The notes beneath the pieces were generated by a model that saw nothing but the letters and a program-made list of their open reading frames with translations, did no database searches and was not told where the DNA came from. 64,000 nucleotides of DNA from Candidatus Altiarchaeota archaeon (GTDB lineage: Archaea > SpSt-1190), in assembly GCA_018220935.1 (NCBI GenBank), contig JAAOXU010000002.1:7664-71663 (forward strand), given 5' to 3'. Both the position numbers and the translations under genes were made by a program. Below are positions 26,842 to 35,677 of this stretch, piece after piece (position 1 is the stretch's first letter; each line of letters opens with the position of its first letter).

Positions 26842-27693
26842 TTAAATTTTTTCTTGATACGTGAGTTGCCAAAAAACTGCCCCTAATATGAAACCAAACC
26901 AAAGAGTCGTAAATCGAATTAACATCGTAACTGAAGTTGCAATTTTTCTACTAATATTAAAGACGACTAAAGTGCCAACCATTCCAGCTTCGGCCGCTCC
27001 AAGCCCCCCTGGAAGCATTGTTATATTACCTAAAATTAGGCTTGCTGAGAATGCAAAAATACTTTCAACCATAGTAATACTACCTCCAAAATACAGTACT
27101 GCTAGATAAATTTGGATGGCTTCAACCAACCAGGATGCGATAGAAATAAGAGTTGTGTAACTTATTAGCTTCCAATCACGAATTTGTTCAATTTCTTCTT
27201 TAACAAAGTGAAGCTTATGTCTAAAGGCATAAATTGCGAGTATTGCGGCTAAAAAAACCACCCCAACTAACCAAATACTTTTTAAAAATTGATTAGCAAC
27301 AAAAAGTCCAGTTACTCCTGCAAGTAAGAGGTGGGCAATTATGTCAAATGCACGTTCACTAAGCGTCAAAAATACCGTCTTTTTCCTACTAAATTTATGT
27401 CTTTTATACATTAATTCTGCCTTTATGACTTCTCCTGCCTTGGCGGGGGTTATAATAAAAAGTAATCCTGCAACATAGGTCTTAAACGCTTCAACAAAGC
27501 TAATTTTCATATTATAGTGAGCTAGTAAAATTTGCCACCGGTGTGCTTTTATCATATATCCAAAAACCGTCATTAAACAAAAAACTGAGACGATTTTCCA
27601 GTCTGGGAGTATTAATCCATCTGAAAAAAACACCAGTGCACTGTATGATACTATTGCGAGAATCAAAATTGAAAAGGCTAGTTTCTTCACCAA
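26842..27693 (-). CDS. UPF0104 / lysyl-PG-synthase TM-region (flippase-like) family membrane protein
   Basis: ~8 TM helices. HRWQILL..FVEAFKTYVAGLLFIITPAKAGEVIKAEL is typical of the family. Confidence 0.55.
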   Translation of the reverse strand: MVKKLAFSILILAIVSYSALVFFSDGLILPDWKIVSVFCLMTVFGYMIKAHRWQILLAHYNMKISFVEAFKTYVAGLLFIITPAKAGEVIKAELMYKRHKFSRKKTVFLTLSERAFDIIAHLLLAGVTGLFVANQFLKSIWLVGVVFLAAILAIYAFRHKLHFVKEEIEQIRDWKLISYTTLISIASWLVEAIQIYLAVLYFGGSITMVESIFAFSASLILGNITMLPGGLGAAEAGMVGTLVVFNISRKIATSVTMLIRFTTLWFGFILGAVFWQLTYQEKI

Positions 27694-27714
27694 TTACTTG
27701 ATTATGGCTATCTA

Positions 27715-27820
27715 AAAAGCTTTCTCGCGTAGCGGGACTTTTTCCCCGCTTTGCGGGGTTTTCTCACTCTGTGCGATTTTTTCCGCTCTGTGGAATTTTA
27801 CGAAAAACAGCGACCAAAAG
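27715..27820. repeat. Hairpin-family element: four tandem units in a divergent intergenic region
   Basis: AAGCTTTCTC, then units at 27724-27736 (CTCGCGTAGCGGG), 27744-27758 (CCCCGCTTTGCGGGG), a degenerate TTTTCTCACTCTGTGCGA and 27781-27795 (TTCCGCTCTGTGGAA), then the tail CAGCGACCAAAAG (27808-27820). Confidence 0.75.
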
Positions 27821-27902
27821 TACGCCCTGTGTATGTTGTCTCTAATTTTTGGTAACAATGTTTTATAATTTCAAATTTTCCAATAAACACTTCGTGATAT
27901 TC

Positions 27903-28922
27903 ATGTCAGTTGGCCAAAAATCAAAGACGCTGTTGGTTCGTGGAATTCCTGCGCATTTAGATGACGTTTGGGGGGATGAAGAAATTCATCCAGGCTTAGC
28001 TGAAATATATGACTTACCGCGAGTTGAACTAGTTGAAGACATTATTCCAGACAACTTAGATGACATCCCTTTTGAATCTGAATTACAGGAATCTATTGAG
28101 AGTAATCCTGAGACATCATCTTCTTATGAACAACTTAAACATCTTTACGCTTCTCTTTCAGAACGGGCAGATATGATTTTGAATCTCTCTGAACTTCTAG
28201 AAACGCAACTTGACTTGTCTGATATGTACAAACGTTCTGATAAAAAATTAGTTGTTAAAGCTGCAAGGGACCTAACTGAAAAATATTTTGATTATTCGCG
28301 ACTAAAAGACGTACTTTCTTATGAACCTATTGAAAGTGGAGCTATAAGTTATCTTTCTTGGTTACATGAAGTAGAAAACCAACTTTGGGACGAAGGTTTC
28401 AAATCATGGGAAAACACAAAAACTCATGATTTTTTTTATAAGGAACGTAAAGGTGGACGTCTATCTACAGGGGCGAAAATTGCAGATTTGTCCTACGGTT
28501 CTACCTTAGCTTCTTCGTTAGGTACGTGCCTGGTGTGGGCCTTTCGTATAACCCCCCCTTCAGCTTCAACTCCAACGGCTATTGACTTGGGTGCTGCATT
28601 GACTTGGACTGCTTTTTCTGCTAGTTTGGCCGTGCCTTATGTTTTAAATTCAGTCATTCCACGTTTCAATAAATACCGACACAGCAAAAAGTCTGAAACG
28701 CTTGGGAATAAATTAAGTTATTACCTACTTGATTTTTACCAAAACACAAGTAAAACTTTCAAAGACATTCATTATGATTTTGTAGGTAAACTTGTTTTGG
28801 GAAAACAAACCGAATATACAAATGAAGACATATCTAAACTCAATGAACTCTCTAATTCTATAAGTGTTGAAGAAAATCTCAGAAAGGCTGCCACTTTTTA
28901 TCTTGAATCTCAAAAAAAGTAG
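27903..28922 (+). CDS. Hypothetical protein with two central TM helices
   Basis: The ORF track opens at 27849 (TTG). I prefer ATG 27903 (MSVGQKSK..) because TTTTATAATTT at 27860-27870 looks like its TATA box. No family recognised. Confidence 0.45.
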   Translation: MSVGQKSKTLLVRGIPAHLDDVWGDEEIHPGLAEIYDLPRVELVEDIIPDNLDDIPFESELQESIESNPETSSSYEQLKHLYASLSERADMILNLSELLETQLDLSDMYKRSDKKLVVKAARDLTEKYFDYSRLKDVLSYEPIESGAISYLSWLHEVENQLWDEGFKSWENTKTHDFFYKERKGGRLSTGAKIADLSYGSTLASSLGTCLVWAFRITPPSASTPTAIDLGAALTWTAFSASLAVPYVLNSVIPRFNKYRHSKKSETLGNKLSYYLLDFYQNTSKTFKDIHYDFVGKLVLGKQTEYTNEDISKLNELSNSISVEENLRKAATFYLESQKK

Positions 28923-28947
28923 GATTTCAATTCTTACGTTACATAAC

Positions 28948-28966
28948 CCCACGTTAGTAACGTGGG
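28948..28966. terminator. Perfect 9-bp inverted repeat between convergent genes
   Basis: CCCACGTTA-G-TAACGTGGG lies between the stop at 28920-28922 (+) and the stop at 29014-29016 (-). Terminator function is an inference. Confidence 0.3.
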
Positions 28967-29013
28967 TTCAAATTTCACTAGATTCATTCAAGCTTTTTTC
29001 CGCTCCGCAAGAC

Positions 29014-29862
29014 TCACAAATTATACACTCTTTCAATCTCTAGATATGCAGTTGCTGGTGGTAAAAGTCCAATTTCAGTTACAATTCCTTGTATTCGACT
29101 ATTTGGTACTATCTCAAATGCAGGATTTATTACTTCAACTGAATAATTCCAAATTTCCTTTGGATCGCGTTTTTCAATCTCAACACTTTGTGCCATCAAA
29201 GACCCCTTGTCAAATTTTAGTCCTAATCCACAAGCGTATAGAGGAACTTCTAGACTCTCAGCAACTAAGGCGAGTAATCCCGTTCCAATTTTGTTAGCAA
29301 TACTTCCATTAGCAAACAAAGCATCAATACCAACTAAACATAAATCAACATTCTCTTTTTTCATGGCAACATACATCCCAGAGTCAACATAAAATTTTAC
29401 AGGAATTTTTAATTTTTTGAGTTCTTTAGCAGTTTTTTGCCCTTGATACCTTGGTCGAGTTTCAGTTGCAACAACTGTTATATTTTTACCTTCTTTTTTT
29501 GCTCGCTCTAAAATCCTAATTACAGTCATACTATGACAAATTGTTTGTACCACCATACCGTCTTTTATTAGTCTGCTTCCAATCTCAACAATTTTTTCCA
29601 TGCCATTATGAATTGTGTCAATAAAGTCTTGTGCCTTAATACCTACTTCAGTTGGATCTTCAATCTCCTTTAGTAAATTTAACATATTAATCATTAAGGG
29701 TTCAGTTGGCCTAGTTGAGATTAAAAGATCAATACCACTTCTAATCTTTTTTATATTGTTTTTTTTGGAGTATTCTTTTACGGCCTTTAGTGACTCCATT
29801 GCCACATTAGTTGCCCCTTGAACTTCAAGAGACTTTATCCGCTCTGCAACGTCTTTTAACAC
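29014..29862 (-). CDS. eIF-2B alpha/beta/delta-family protein, probable ribose-1,5-bisphosphate isomerase
   Basis: Family features: ..VQGATNVAMESL.., TETRPRYQG, and C-terminal NPAFEIVP..IVTEIGLLPP. The R15P-isomerase assignment rests on RuBisCO lying 1.2 kb away. Confidence 0.7.
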   Translation of the reverse strand: MLKDVAERIKSLEVQGATNVAMESLKAVKEYSKKNNIKKIRSGIDLLISTRPTEPLMINMLNLLKEIEDPTEVGIKAQDFIDTIHNGMEKIVEIGSRLIKDGMVVQTICHSMTVIRILERAKKEGKNITVVATETRPRYQGQKTAKELKKLKIPVKFYVDSGMYVAMKKENVDLCLVGIDALFANGSIANKIGTGLLALVAESLEVPLYACGLGLKFDKGSLMAQSVEIEKRDPKEIWNYSVEVINPAFEIVPNSRIQGIVTEIGLLPPATAYLEIERVYNL

Positions 29863-30000
29863 GTTAAACTTTGTTTTAGGAGTATTTATCTTGTTCTTAA
29901 TGTGGTGACGAAGTAATTTACGCTAATTGGCGATATATTACTGAAATTAACAAGTTAAAAAACGACATAGGCTTTTCTACTGCCTAATCGGTCTTTATGT

Positions 30001-31074
30001 GTGGGGAGTGAAACTATAACCTATCAAGGACTAAAGGTTCCAAAGACGTATTATGGTCTTACTGATAATTTTAAGACGGATGAATTTGATTTTGAATTTA
30101 ATCCAAAAAATTCACTAATGATAACTGGTGAAACAACTAATGGAATTTTAGGGGATGAAGTTTCAAGTCGATTTAGTGTGGGTGCTAAAGTTGTTTTATC
30201 AAGAGAAAACAAAGATTATGAGCACCTTAGGTTGGTTAAAGATTATTTTAAAATTGATGGGGATTCCCCAAAAACCATAATTGCTGTTGGTGGAGGTTCA
30301 ATTGCAGATTACGCTAAAGTTTTGGCTAAAGAACTTAAGGCTAATTTAGTTGTGTTTACCACGGCTTTGAGTCACGATGGGTTAGTTTCTGGTAGAAGTT
30401 CTTTAAGAAATAATGGAATTAAAGGTAGTTATGAAGCCAAAGTACCTGATCATGTTGTTGCTTTTTCAGAAATTATTGAGTCATCTGATTCTGATCTTAC
30501 TCTTAATGGTTGGGGTGATCACATCTCAAAATATTCTTCACTTTCTGAATGGAACTTTGCACTTGAAAAAAACCAGGGAGGTGAACTTTTTGATGAAACT
30601 ATTTATAATTCAATCAGAAATTCACTCGATAATCTCTCTGAAAGTTATCAAAACTTATTTGAGTACTTTGTAAATTCGGGAAATATTACTAATTCTTTTG
30701 GTTCTTCAAGACCCTTATCTGGTGGGGAGCACGCAATAGCACATGCATTGTCAGATACTAAAAAGAAAAAAGGTGACCTAACATATGATCTTGATCACGG
30801 CAAGAGAGTTGCTGCTTTTGGTTTATTCTTACTTGGAATTTATGAGGATGTTGGGGAAGTAAGTGAAATTCATTGGAAGGATTACAAAAAAGAAATGATA
30901 AACTTAGGGTTACCAACAACACTTCTAGAACTTGGCATAGGTTATGGTGAATTTAAGGACGCTGTTTACAAGGCACCAACTATAAGATCAAGATATGGTA
31001 TTCTAGACCACCTGGGTGAAAGACTAACTGATCAGCTAATTGATTACAGTGCTAAGCGAGTTGGATTAGTGTAA
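30001..31074 (+). CDS. egsA: Fe-ADH-superfamily dehydrogenase, sn-glycerol-1-phosphate dehydrogenase-like
   Basis: VGGGSIADYAKV (GGGxxxDxxK), TALSHDG, GGEHAIAHAL; ~350 aa as for G1PDH/glycerol dehydrogenase. Confidence 0.55.
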   Translation: MGSETITYQGLKVPKTYYGLTDNFKTDEFDFEFNPKNSLMITGETTNGILGDEVSSRFSVGAKVVLSRENKDYEHLRLVKDYFKIDGDSPKTIIAVGGGSIADYAKVLAKELKANLVVFTTALSHDGLVSGRSSLRNNGIKGSYEAKVPDHVVAFSEIIESSDSDLTLNGWGDHISKYSSLSEWNFALEKNQGGELFDETIYNSIRNSLDNLSESYQNLFEYFVNSGNITNSFGSSRPLSGGEHAIAHALSDTKKKKGDLTYDLDHGKRVAAFGLFLLGIYEDVGEVSEIHWKDYKKEMINLGLPTTLLELGIGYGEFKDAVYKAPTIRSRYGILDHLGERLTDQLIDYSAKRVGLV

Positions 31075-32457
31075 TCCCACTACTTTGTCTAAATTATATC
31101 CAAATTTATGTGAGTTCTTCTTGAACTTAGCTTTTTGTTGTGCTAATCTCTTTTTAGTTTCTTTTCTTGTAACGTAGCCCCACTTGTCTAAAGCTTGTTT
31201 TAGCTGGCGAACTTCTTTGGCTTTATCATAAAGTGATACCCCCTCTCCTATGGCTTCACTAGCTGCACGATGACCTCTCGCTCCACCAATTGTACCTTCT
31301 GGGTGACCGTGAACTCCACCCCCTGCCATGGCAGTAAACTCAGTTCCATAGATCTCAGAAAGACCTTCCATCAGTCCCGAGTGAAGACCCCCGCTTGCAA
31401 CGGGCATTATGGGTCTAATATTTTTATGCCACTTGAAATCTAAAAAGAAGGGTGAGTCTTTTTTTATGTTGGTTGCTGTAGCAATTTCTGCATATTTTTG
31501 AATCTCAAATTCGCTTCCCTCCATCTTACCAACTCCTGTTCCAGTGTGAAGTGAACTTACACCAAAAAGTCTGTAAATTTTTTCCCAAAAAGCATATCCA
31601 ACACCCCATGCCCCCCTAGTCTCGGCACCGTGTCCTGCTCTGTGAGCGTGAATTAAAAATTTCTTTTTATGAAGCTCATCAATTACTTCCTTTAATCCTG
31701 TAAGACCCATGACATATACATCAATCATACACATTCTCCAATCGTGATCAACTAACCAATCAATACGCTCTAACATGTTTGGCATGAAGTCTGTAATATT
31801 TGGGACATAAATTTTTCCATCTCCAGTCTCAGACTTAATTGATTCGGCAGCCTCAATAGTTCTATGTGCTCGGTCTTCCCATCTACAGAATTTTTGATCA
31901 ACTAAATTCTCATCATCCTTTACCATATCAAGCCCACCTAAAAATGCGTTTTCTGCCACTTTAGCCCATTCTTTTGCGGATAGTCCTACTTTTGGTTTTA
32001 CGATGGTACCAACATGTGGTCGCTTTTTTGTTCCAACTATTTTTCTAATCTCCTTTATTGAAAACTTAGGTCCTGAAAATTGTCTTTGAAATTTTTCTGG
32101 AATTTTCCAATCAAGAAGCTTAAGTTCTCTAATTTCTTTTAAGCCGTAAATATTCCCCCTTATACTCGCTAAAATTTGTAGGATATTCTTTGAGTCAAAA
32201 TGATCATAAGGATATGCAATATAAACAAAACCTGAATTTTTAGTTATTTTTACGGTCTTAAAAACTCTTGCACGTAAATTTTTCCACACATTGTCTTTCA
32301 TAGTCGTTAATTTAGTCCAAGTACCAACAGAACTCTCGGCCGCTAATCCTTCTGCTAGTGTATTAAATGGTGCGTCACCTTTTACCCATAAAACTGTGAC
32401 AAAATCATCTTTTTGAGGTGTGTACTTTTCAATATACGAATATCCGCCATATGCCAT
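31066..32457 (-). CDS. rbcL: RuBisCO large subunit, form III / II-III type
   Basis: Catalytic motifs are intact: GGLDMVKDDENL (carbamylated Lys), HAHRAGHGA, PVASGGLH, GGGVHGHPEG. No small-subunit gene nearby. It has a basic ~35-aa C-terminal extension. Confidence 0.9.
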   Translation of the reverse strand: MAYGGYSYIEKYTPQKDDFVTVLWVKGDAPFNTLAEGLAAESSVGTWTKLTTMKDNVWKNLRARVFKTVKITKNSGFVYIAYPYDHFDSKNILQILASIRGNIYGLKEIRELKLLDWKIPEKFQRQFSGPKFSIKEIRKIVGTKKRPHVGTIVKPKVGLSAKEWAKVAENAFLGGLDMVKDDENLVDQKFCRWEDRAHRTIEAAESIKSETGDGKIYVPNITDFMPNMLERIDWLVDHDWRMCMIDVYVMGLTGLKEVIDELHKKKFLIHAHRAGHGAETRGAWGVGYAFWEKIYRLFGVSSLHTGTGVGKMEGSEFEIQKYAEIATATNIKKDSPFFLDFKWHKNIRPIMPVASGGLHSGLMEGLSEIYGTEFTAMAGGGVHGHPEGTIGGARGHRAASEAIGEGVSLYDKAKEVRQLKQALDKWGYVTRKETKKRLAQQKAKFKKNSHKFGYNLDKVVGLH

Positions 32458-32480
32458 AAAGTTGAACGGTTTAAGAGTAT

Positions 32481-32891
32481 TTAACTGTTAAATTCTCCTT
32501 TATGCGCTTTCATAATACAAGTATCCTCAATTACTCTAACACCCCTTGATTCGAGTAATTCTTTTGCCTTTTGATTTTTTATACCTTCTTGCATCCAAAA
32601 CACTTTTGGTAATTTGTCTAACCTAATTAATTCTTCTGCAATTCCTAAAATTTCTTCACTTGGTCTAAAGACGTCAACCATCTCAAAAGCTTCCTTAGGT
32701 ACGTCTTCTAATTTTTTATACACATTTTTTTTAAGAATTATTTTTGCAAAGGGATTCACACAGTATACTTCAAATTCATGTTCACTGAGGTACTTTGGCA
32801 CAAAGTTAGCTGCTTTTTTTTCATCTCTTGAGCACCCAATTACTACTATATTTTTATGAAAATCCATTAGAGATAAATCCCTCAGGTGCAT
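32481..32891 (-). CDS. CoA-binding domain protein (YccU-like)
   Basis: IVVIGCSRDEKKAANFVPKYL..EVYCVNP, typical of the PF13380-type CoA-binding fold. Confidence 0.6.
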   Translation of the reverse strand: MHLRDLSLMDFHKNIVVIGCSRDEKKAANFVPKYLSEHEFEVYCVNPFAKIILKKNVYKKLEDVPKEAFEMVDVFRPSEEILGIAEELIRLDKLPKVFWMQEGIKNQKAKELLESRGVRVIEDTCIMKAHKGEFNS

Positions 32892-33335
32892 AAATTCTTT
32901 ATGATTACTGAAATGAGTGTTGGTTCAATTATATTTTTTGAAAACCAACTCTTACTCCTAAAGTATAAGACCAAAAAAGGTGATAAATTTTATTGGGATT
33001 TTCCAAAAGGACATCCAGAAAAAAAAGAAAGCAAGGAAAAAGCACTAAAACGTGAAGTAAAAGAAGAAACTAATCTAGATATTTCAATCATAAAAGGTTT
33101 TAGTGAACGTGCCGTTTATTTTTTTAGACAAAAAGACGAGTTAGTAAAAAAAACGGTCATTTTTTCTGTTTCAGTCACTGAGTCTAAGGATGTTAAAATT
33201 TCAAAAGAACACTATGATTTTATGTGGACTAGTCCTAAAGAGGCATTAATGCTAGTTAAACACCCTGCATCCAAAAAAATCCTAAAAGCCGCCGTAACTT
33301 TTTATGAGTCTCAAAAGAGATTAAGTGACTTTTAA
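32886..33335 (+). CDS. NUDIX hydrolase
   Basis: Nudix box GHPEKKESKEKALKREVKEETNL. Confidence 0.75.
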   Translation: MHKFFMITEMSVGSIIFFENQLLLLKYKTKKGDKFYWDFPKGHPEKKESKEKALKREVKEETNLDISIIKGFSERAVYFFRQKDELVKKTVIFSVSVTESKDVKISKEHYDFMWTSPKEALMLVKHPASKKILKAAVTFYESQKRLSDF

Positions 33336-33366
33336 ATTCATAAATACTCTTGACTCTTAGTTTTTT

Positions 33367-33807
33367 GTGCTTATTTGGGAATTGATTTTTAGTTTACTCT
33401 TAATACCTGTTGCTTTAGTTGATTATCTTATACAAATTCCAGTTAATTTTCCATCAACTCCTGCCACAATAAATGGCCAAAATTTTACACTCTACACTGC
33501 CTCGAACTTTACTCAGTGGCAGCAGGGCTTTAAGGATTGGGATGTGAAAAAAGACGAGGCTATGCTTTTTGAATTTTCAAATACTACGACTAGACATTTT
33601 TGGATGAAAGGAACTAAAACTTCTCTTGATATTGTATTTTTGGACGCGAGTTATATTGTAACTAATATTGTTGAAGGTGCTACTCCTTGTCGGATTTTTT
33701 GTAAGAATTACATGGGGCGTGCAAAATATGTGTTAGAATTTAAGGCAAATACTGCTAAAGCCCTTGGTTTTGAGCCTGGTAAAAAAATAGAACTAACAAG
33801 AAACTAA
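33367..33807 (+). CDS. DUF192-family protein with N-terminal anchor
   Basis: ..RHFWMKGTKTSLDIVFLD.. resembles the DUF192 (COG1430) core. Confidence 0.5.
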   Translation: MLIWELIFSLLLIPVALVDYLIQIPVNFPSTPATINGQNFTLYTASNFTQWQQGFKDWDVKKDEAMLFEFSNTTTRHFWMKGTKTSLDIVFLDASYIVTNIVEGATPCRIFCKNYMGRAKYVLEFKANTAKALGFEPGKKIELTRN

Positions 33808-33840
33808 AAAACATTTATAGAAACTTAAGCTAGTTTTTTT

Positions 33841-34278
33841 ATGATCTTTGTTGGTGCAGATCACGCCGGTTTTGAATTAAAAGAATCGATCAAAAAATAT
33901 TTAACTACTTCTGAAATTTCTTTTGAAGATTTTGGAGCTCACAAACTCAATGAAAAAGATGACTATCCCGATTTTGCTAAATTAGTTTGTGAAAAAATCC
34001 AAAAAGAAAGTGATCGTGGTATTTTGATTTGTGGTACGGGACAAGGCATGACTATTGCTGCTAATAAGTTTAAGGGTATTCGTGCTTCTCTTTGCTGGAA
34101 TGAAGAAACTGTTACTGTTGCAGCAAAGCATAATGATGCAAATGTTTTATGTTTGCCTGGCCGTCTAATTTCAAAAGAATTGGGTGTTAAACTGGTTAAA
34201 TTGTGGCTAAATTTTGAATTTTCTGGTGAAGTTCGTCATAATAGACGTATTGAAAAAATAAGAGGTTTTGAAGCTTAA
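33841..34278 (+). CDS. rpiB: Ribose-5-phosphate isomerase B
   Basis: GADHAGFELKE.., ICGTGQGMTIAANK, GIRA, and 145 aa fit the RpiB/LacAB family. Confidence 0.85.
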   Translation: MIFVGADHAGFELKESIKKYLTTSEISFEDFGAHKLNEKDDYPDFAKLVCEKIQKESDRGILICGTGQGMTIAANKFKGIRASLCWNEETVTVAAKHNDANVLCLPGRLISKELGVKLVKLWLNFEFSGEVRHNRRIEKIRGFEA

Positions 34279-34314
34279 AAGATTTGGATACATTTTTAAG
34301 ATTCCACTTAACTG

Positions 34315-34926
34315 GTGTGTATGGAAATATCTGATGCAATAAAAAAACCATTTTCAGATTTGGGTAAATTAGCTATTGGGTCTTTTTTGAGACTAATTCC
34401 AATTGTTAACCTTACTGTAACTGGTTATGGTCTTCAGAATGCAAAAAGCACAAAAAAACTCCCTGAGTTTAGTTTTGATTCTTTTATACTGGGATTAAAA
34501 TCACTTGGAGTTAGTATTGTTTATGGGCTTCTTACTATGTTAGTAATGCTTCCCTTTGCATTTGGAAGTTTGGCACCTATAATGTCATCTATGATGGCTG
34601 GGACATTTGATGTCTCAATGCTAATGCCCTTAATTAGTGTGGCTCTAATAGCAATTTTTGTTGGAATTTTAGCAATTCCACTAAATGTGGGTGCTCAGTT
34701 AGTTTTGGCAAGAACTGAGAGTATGAGTGAAGCGCTCAATATTCCAGTAGTACTAAAATATGCCTATAAGTGGGATTTCATAAAGTATATGCTAGTTATC
34801 CTACTAGTGGGGTTGTTAGTTGCAATACCTATTAGCTTAGTTCCCTTTGTTGGGGTGTTAGTTGCAGGATACGTAGTACCTGTGTTTACATGGACATATT
34901 TAGGTGCAAATGCGCCAAAAAACTAA
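34315..34926 (+). CDS. Membrane protein (DUF4013-like, tentative)
   Basis: About 5-6 hydrophobic helices. The N-terminal ..AIKKPFSD..LAIGSFL.. is reminiscent of DUF4013. Confidence 0.35.
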   Translation: MCMEISDAIKKPFSDLGKLAIGSFLRLIPIVNLTVTGYGLQNAKSTKKLPEFSFDSFILGLKSLGVSIVYGLLTMLVMLPFAFGSLAPIMSSMMAGTFDVSMLMPLISVALIAIFVGILAIPLNVGAQLVLARTESMSEALNIPVVLKYAYKWDFIKYMLVILLVGLLVAIPISLVPFVGVLVAGYVVPVFTWTYLGANAPKN

Positions 34927-35020
34927 AGTTTTGGTTGCCTGCCCTACGGGGTGGGTCTTAAAATTTTTTACTACCTTTTTAGATTACAAATGAATTTAAG
35001 TTAAATTATTTATTTTGTAA

Positions 35021-35614
35021 ATGACTAATGAGAAAGATGATCTGAGCCTCTTGAACTATATTTCTAAGCTTGTAATTGCCAATTCAAAATTATTTAGGAC
35101 TCAAGAATATTTAAGGGGTCTTGTACCTGCACCTGAATCAACTACTATGATACAAACTTACAGTGAACCAACTGAAAGTACCTCCATGAATAAGAATACT
35201 AAAGAATACTATGGTCGTATGGATAGAAACGTCTTAAAATTACTTGATAAATTAAATTGGGAGTTTTCAGAGGGTCTCATTAGTAAGGTAAGTTTAGGTG
35301 GGGTTGGTTTTGAACTCGATAATTATTCTAGTGACTTTGCACAAATTAAGGACGAGGAGAATAAATTTTCAATATATCGAACACTGGTTGGATATGGACT
35401 ATCTAGAAACAATAGCAATAAGGTAAATTACCGAAGTGGTCATGCCTATGTACTTTCTCCTTCGAGGATTCAAGAAGCAGACTTAGACCAGCCTTTAGTG
35501 GATTTAGACGACGCTTATGCCCTTGTTTTTCCTCAAGTTGAGACTGAGGCATCAAACGCTGTAATTGTGATAACTTTTGGTGATAATAGCTATTCTCTTA
35601 TCAATCCCTTGTAA
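35021..35614 (+). CDS. Hypothetical protein (paralogue of the next ORF)
   Basis: Motifs shared with 35678-36130: LDKL..E, GFEL(D/N), YAL(V/I)FP(Q/K)(V/L)E...IN. Confidence 0.45.
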   Translation: MTNEKDDLSLLNYISKLVIANSKLFRTQEYLRGLVPAPESTTMIQTYSEPTESTSMNKNTKEYYGRMDRNVLKLLDKLNWEFSEGLISKVSLGGVGFELDNYSSDFAQIKDEENKFSIYRTLVGYGLSRNNSNKVNYRSGHAYVLSPSRIQEADLDQPLVDLDDAYALVFPQVETEASNAVIVITFGDNSYSLINPL

Positions 35615-35677
35615 ATAATTCAGTAAATGGCCTTTAGACTGCTTTACAAAGCAATTTAATCTCGGGATTTTGGGATT

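Noticed and set aside
27724-27795. Mini CRISPR-like array (also considered for 63725-63791)
   Set aside because: The units are 12-15 nt palindromes only ~19-28 nt apart and are not identical to one another. There are no unique spacers of ~30-40 nt, no leader, and no cas genes in the window.
28957-28980. Additional tRNA suggested by GTGGGTTCAAATTTCAC
   Set aside because: Only a T-arm-like hairpin with two G-U pairs can be drawn. There is no acceptor stem, D arm or anticodon arm in the flanks.
28962-29297. 111-aa plus-strand ORF
   Set aside because: It starts inside the hairpin/T-arm-like spacer and runs antisense through the well-supported eIF-2B-family gene.
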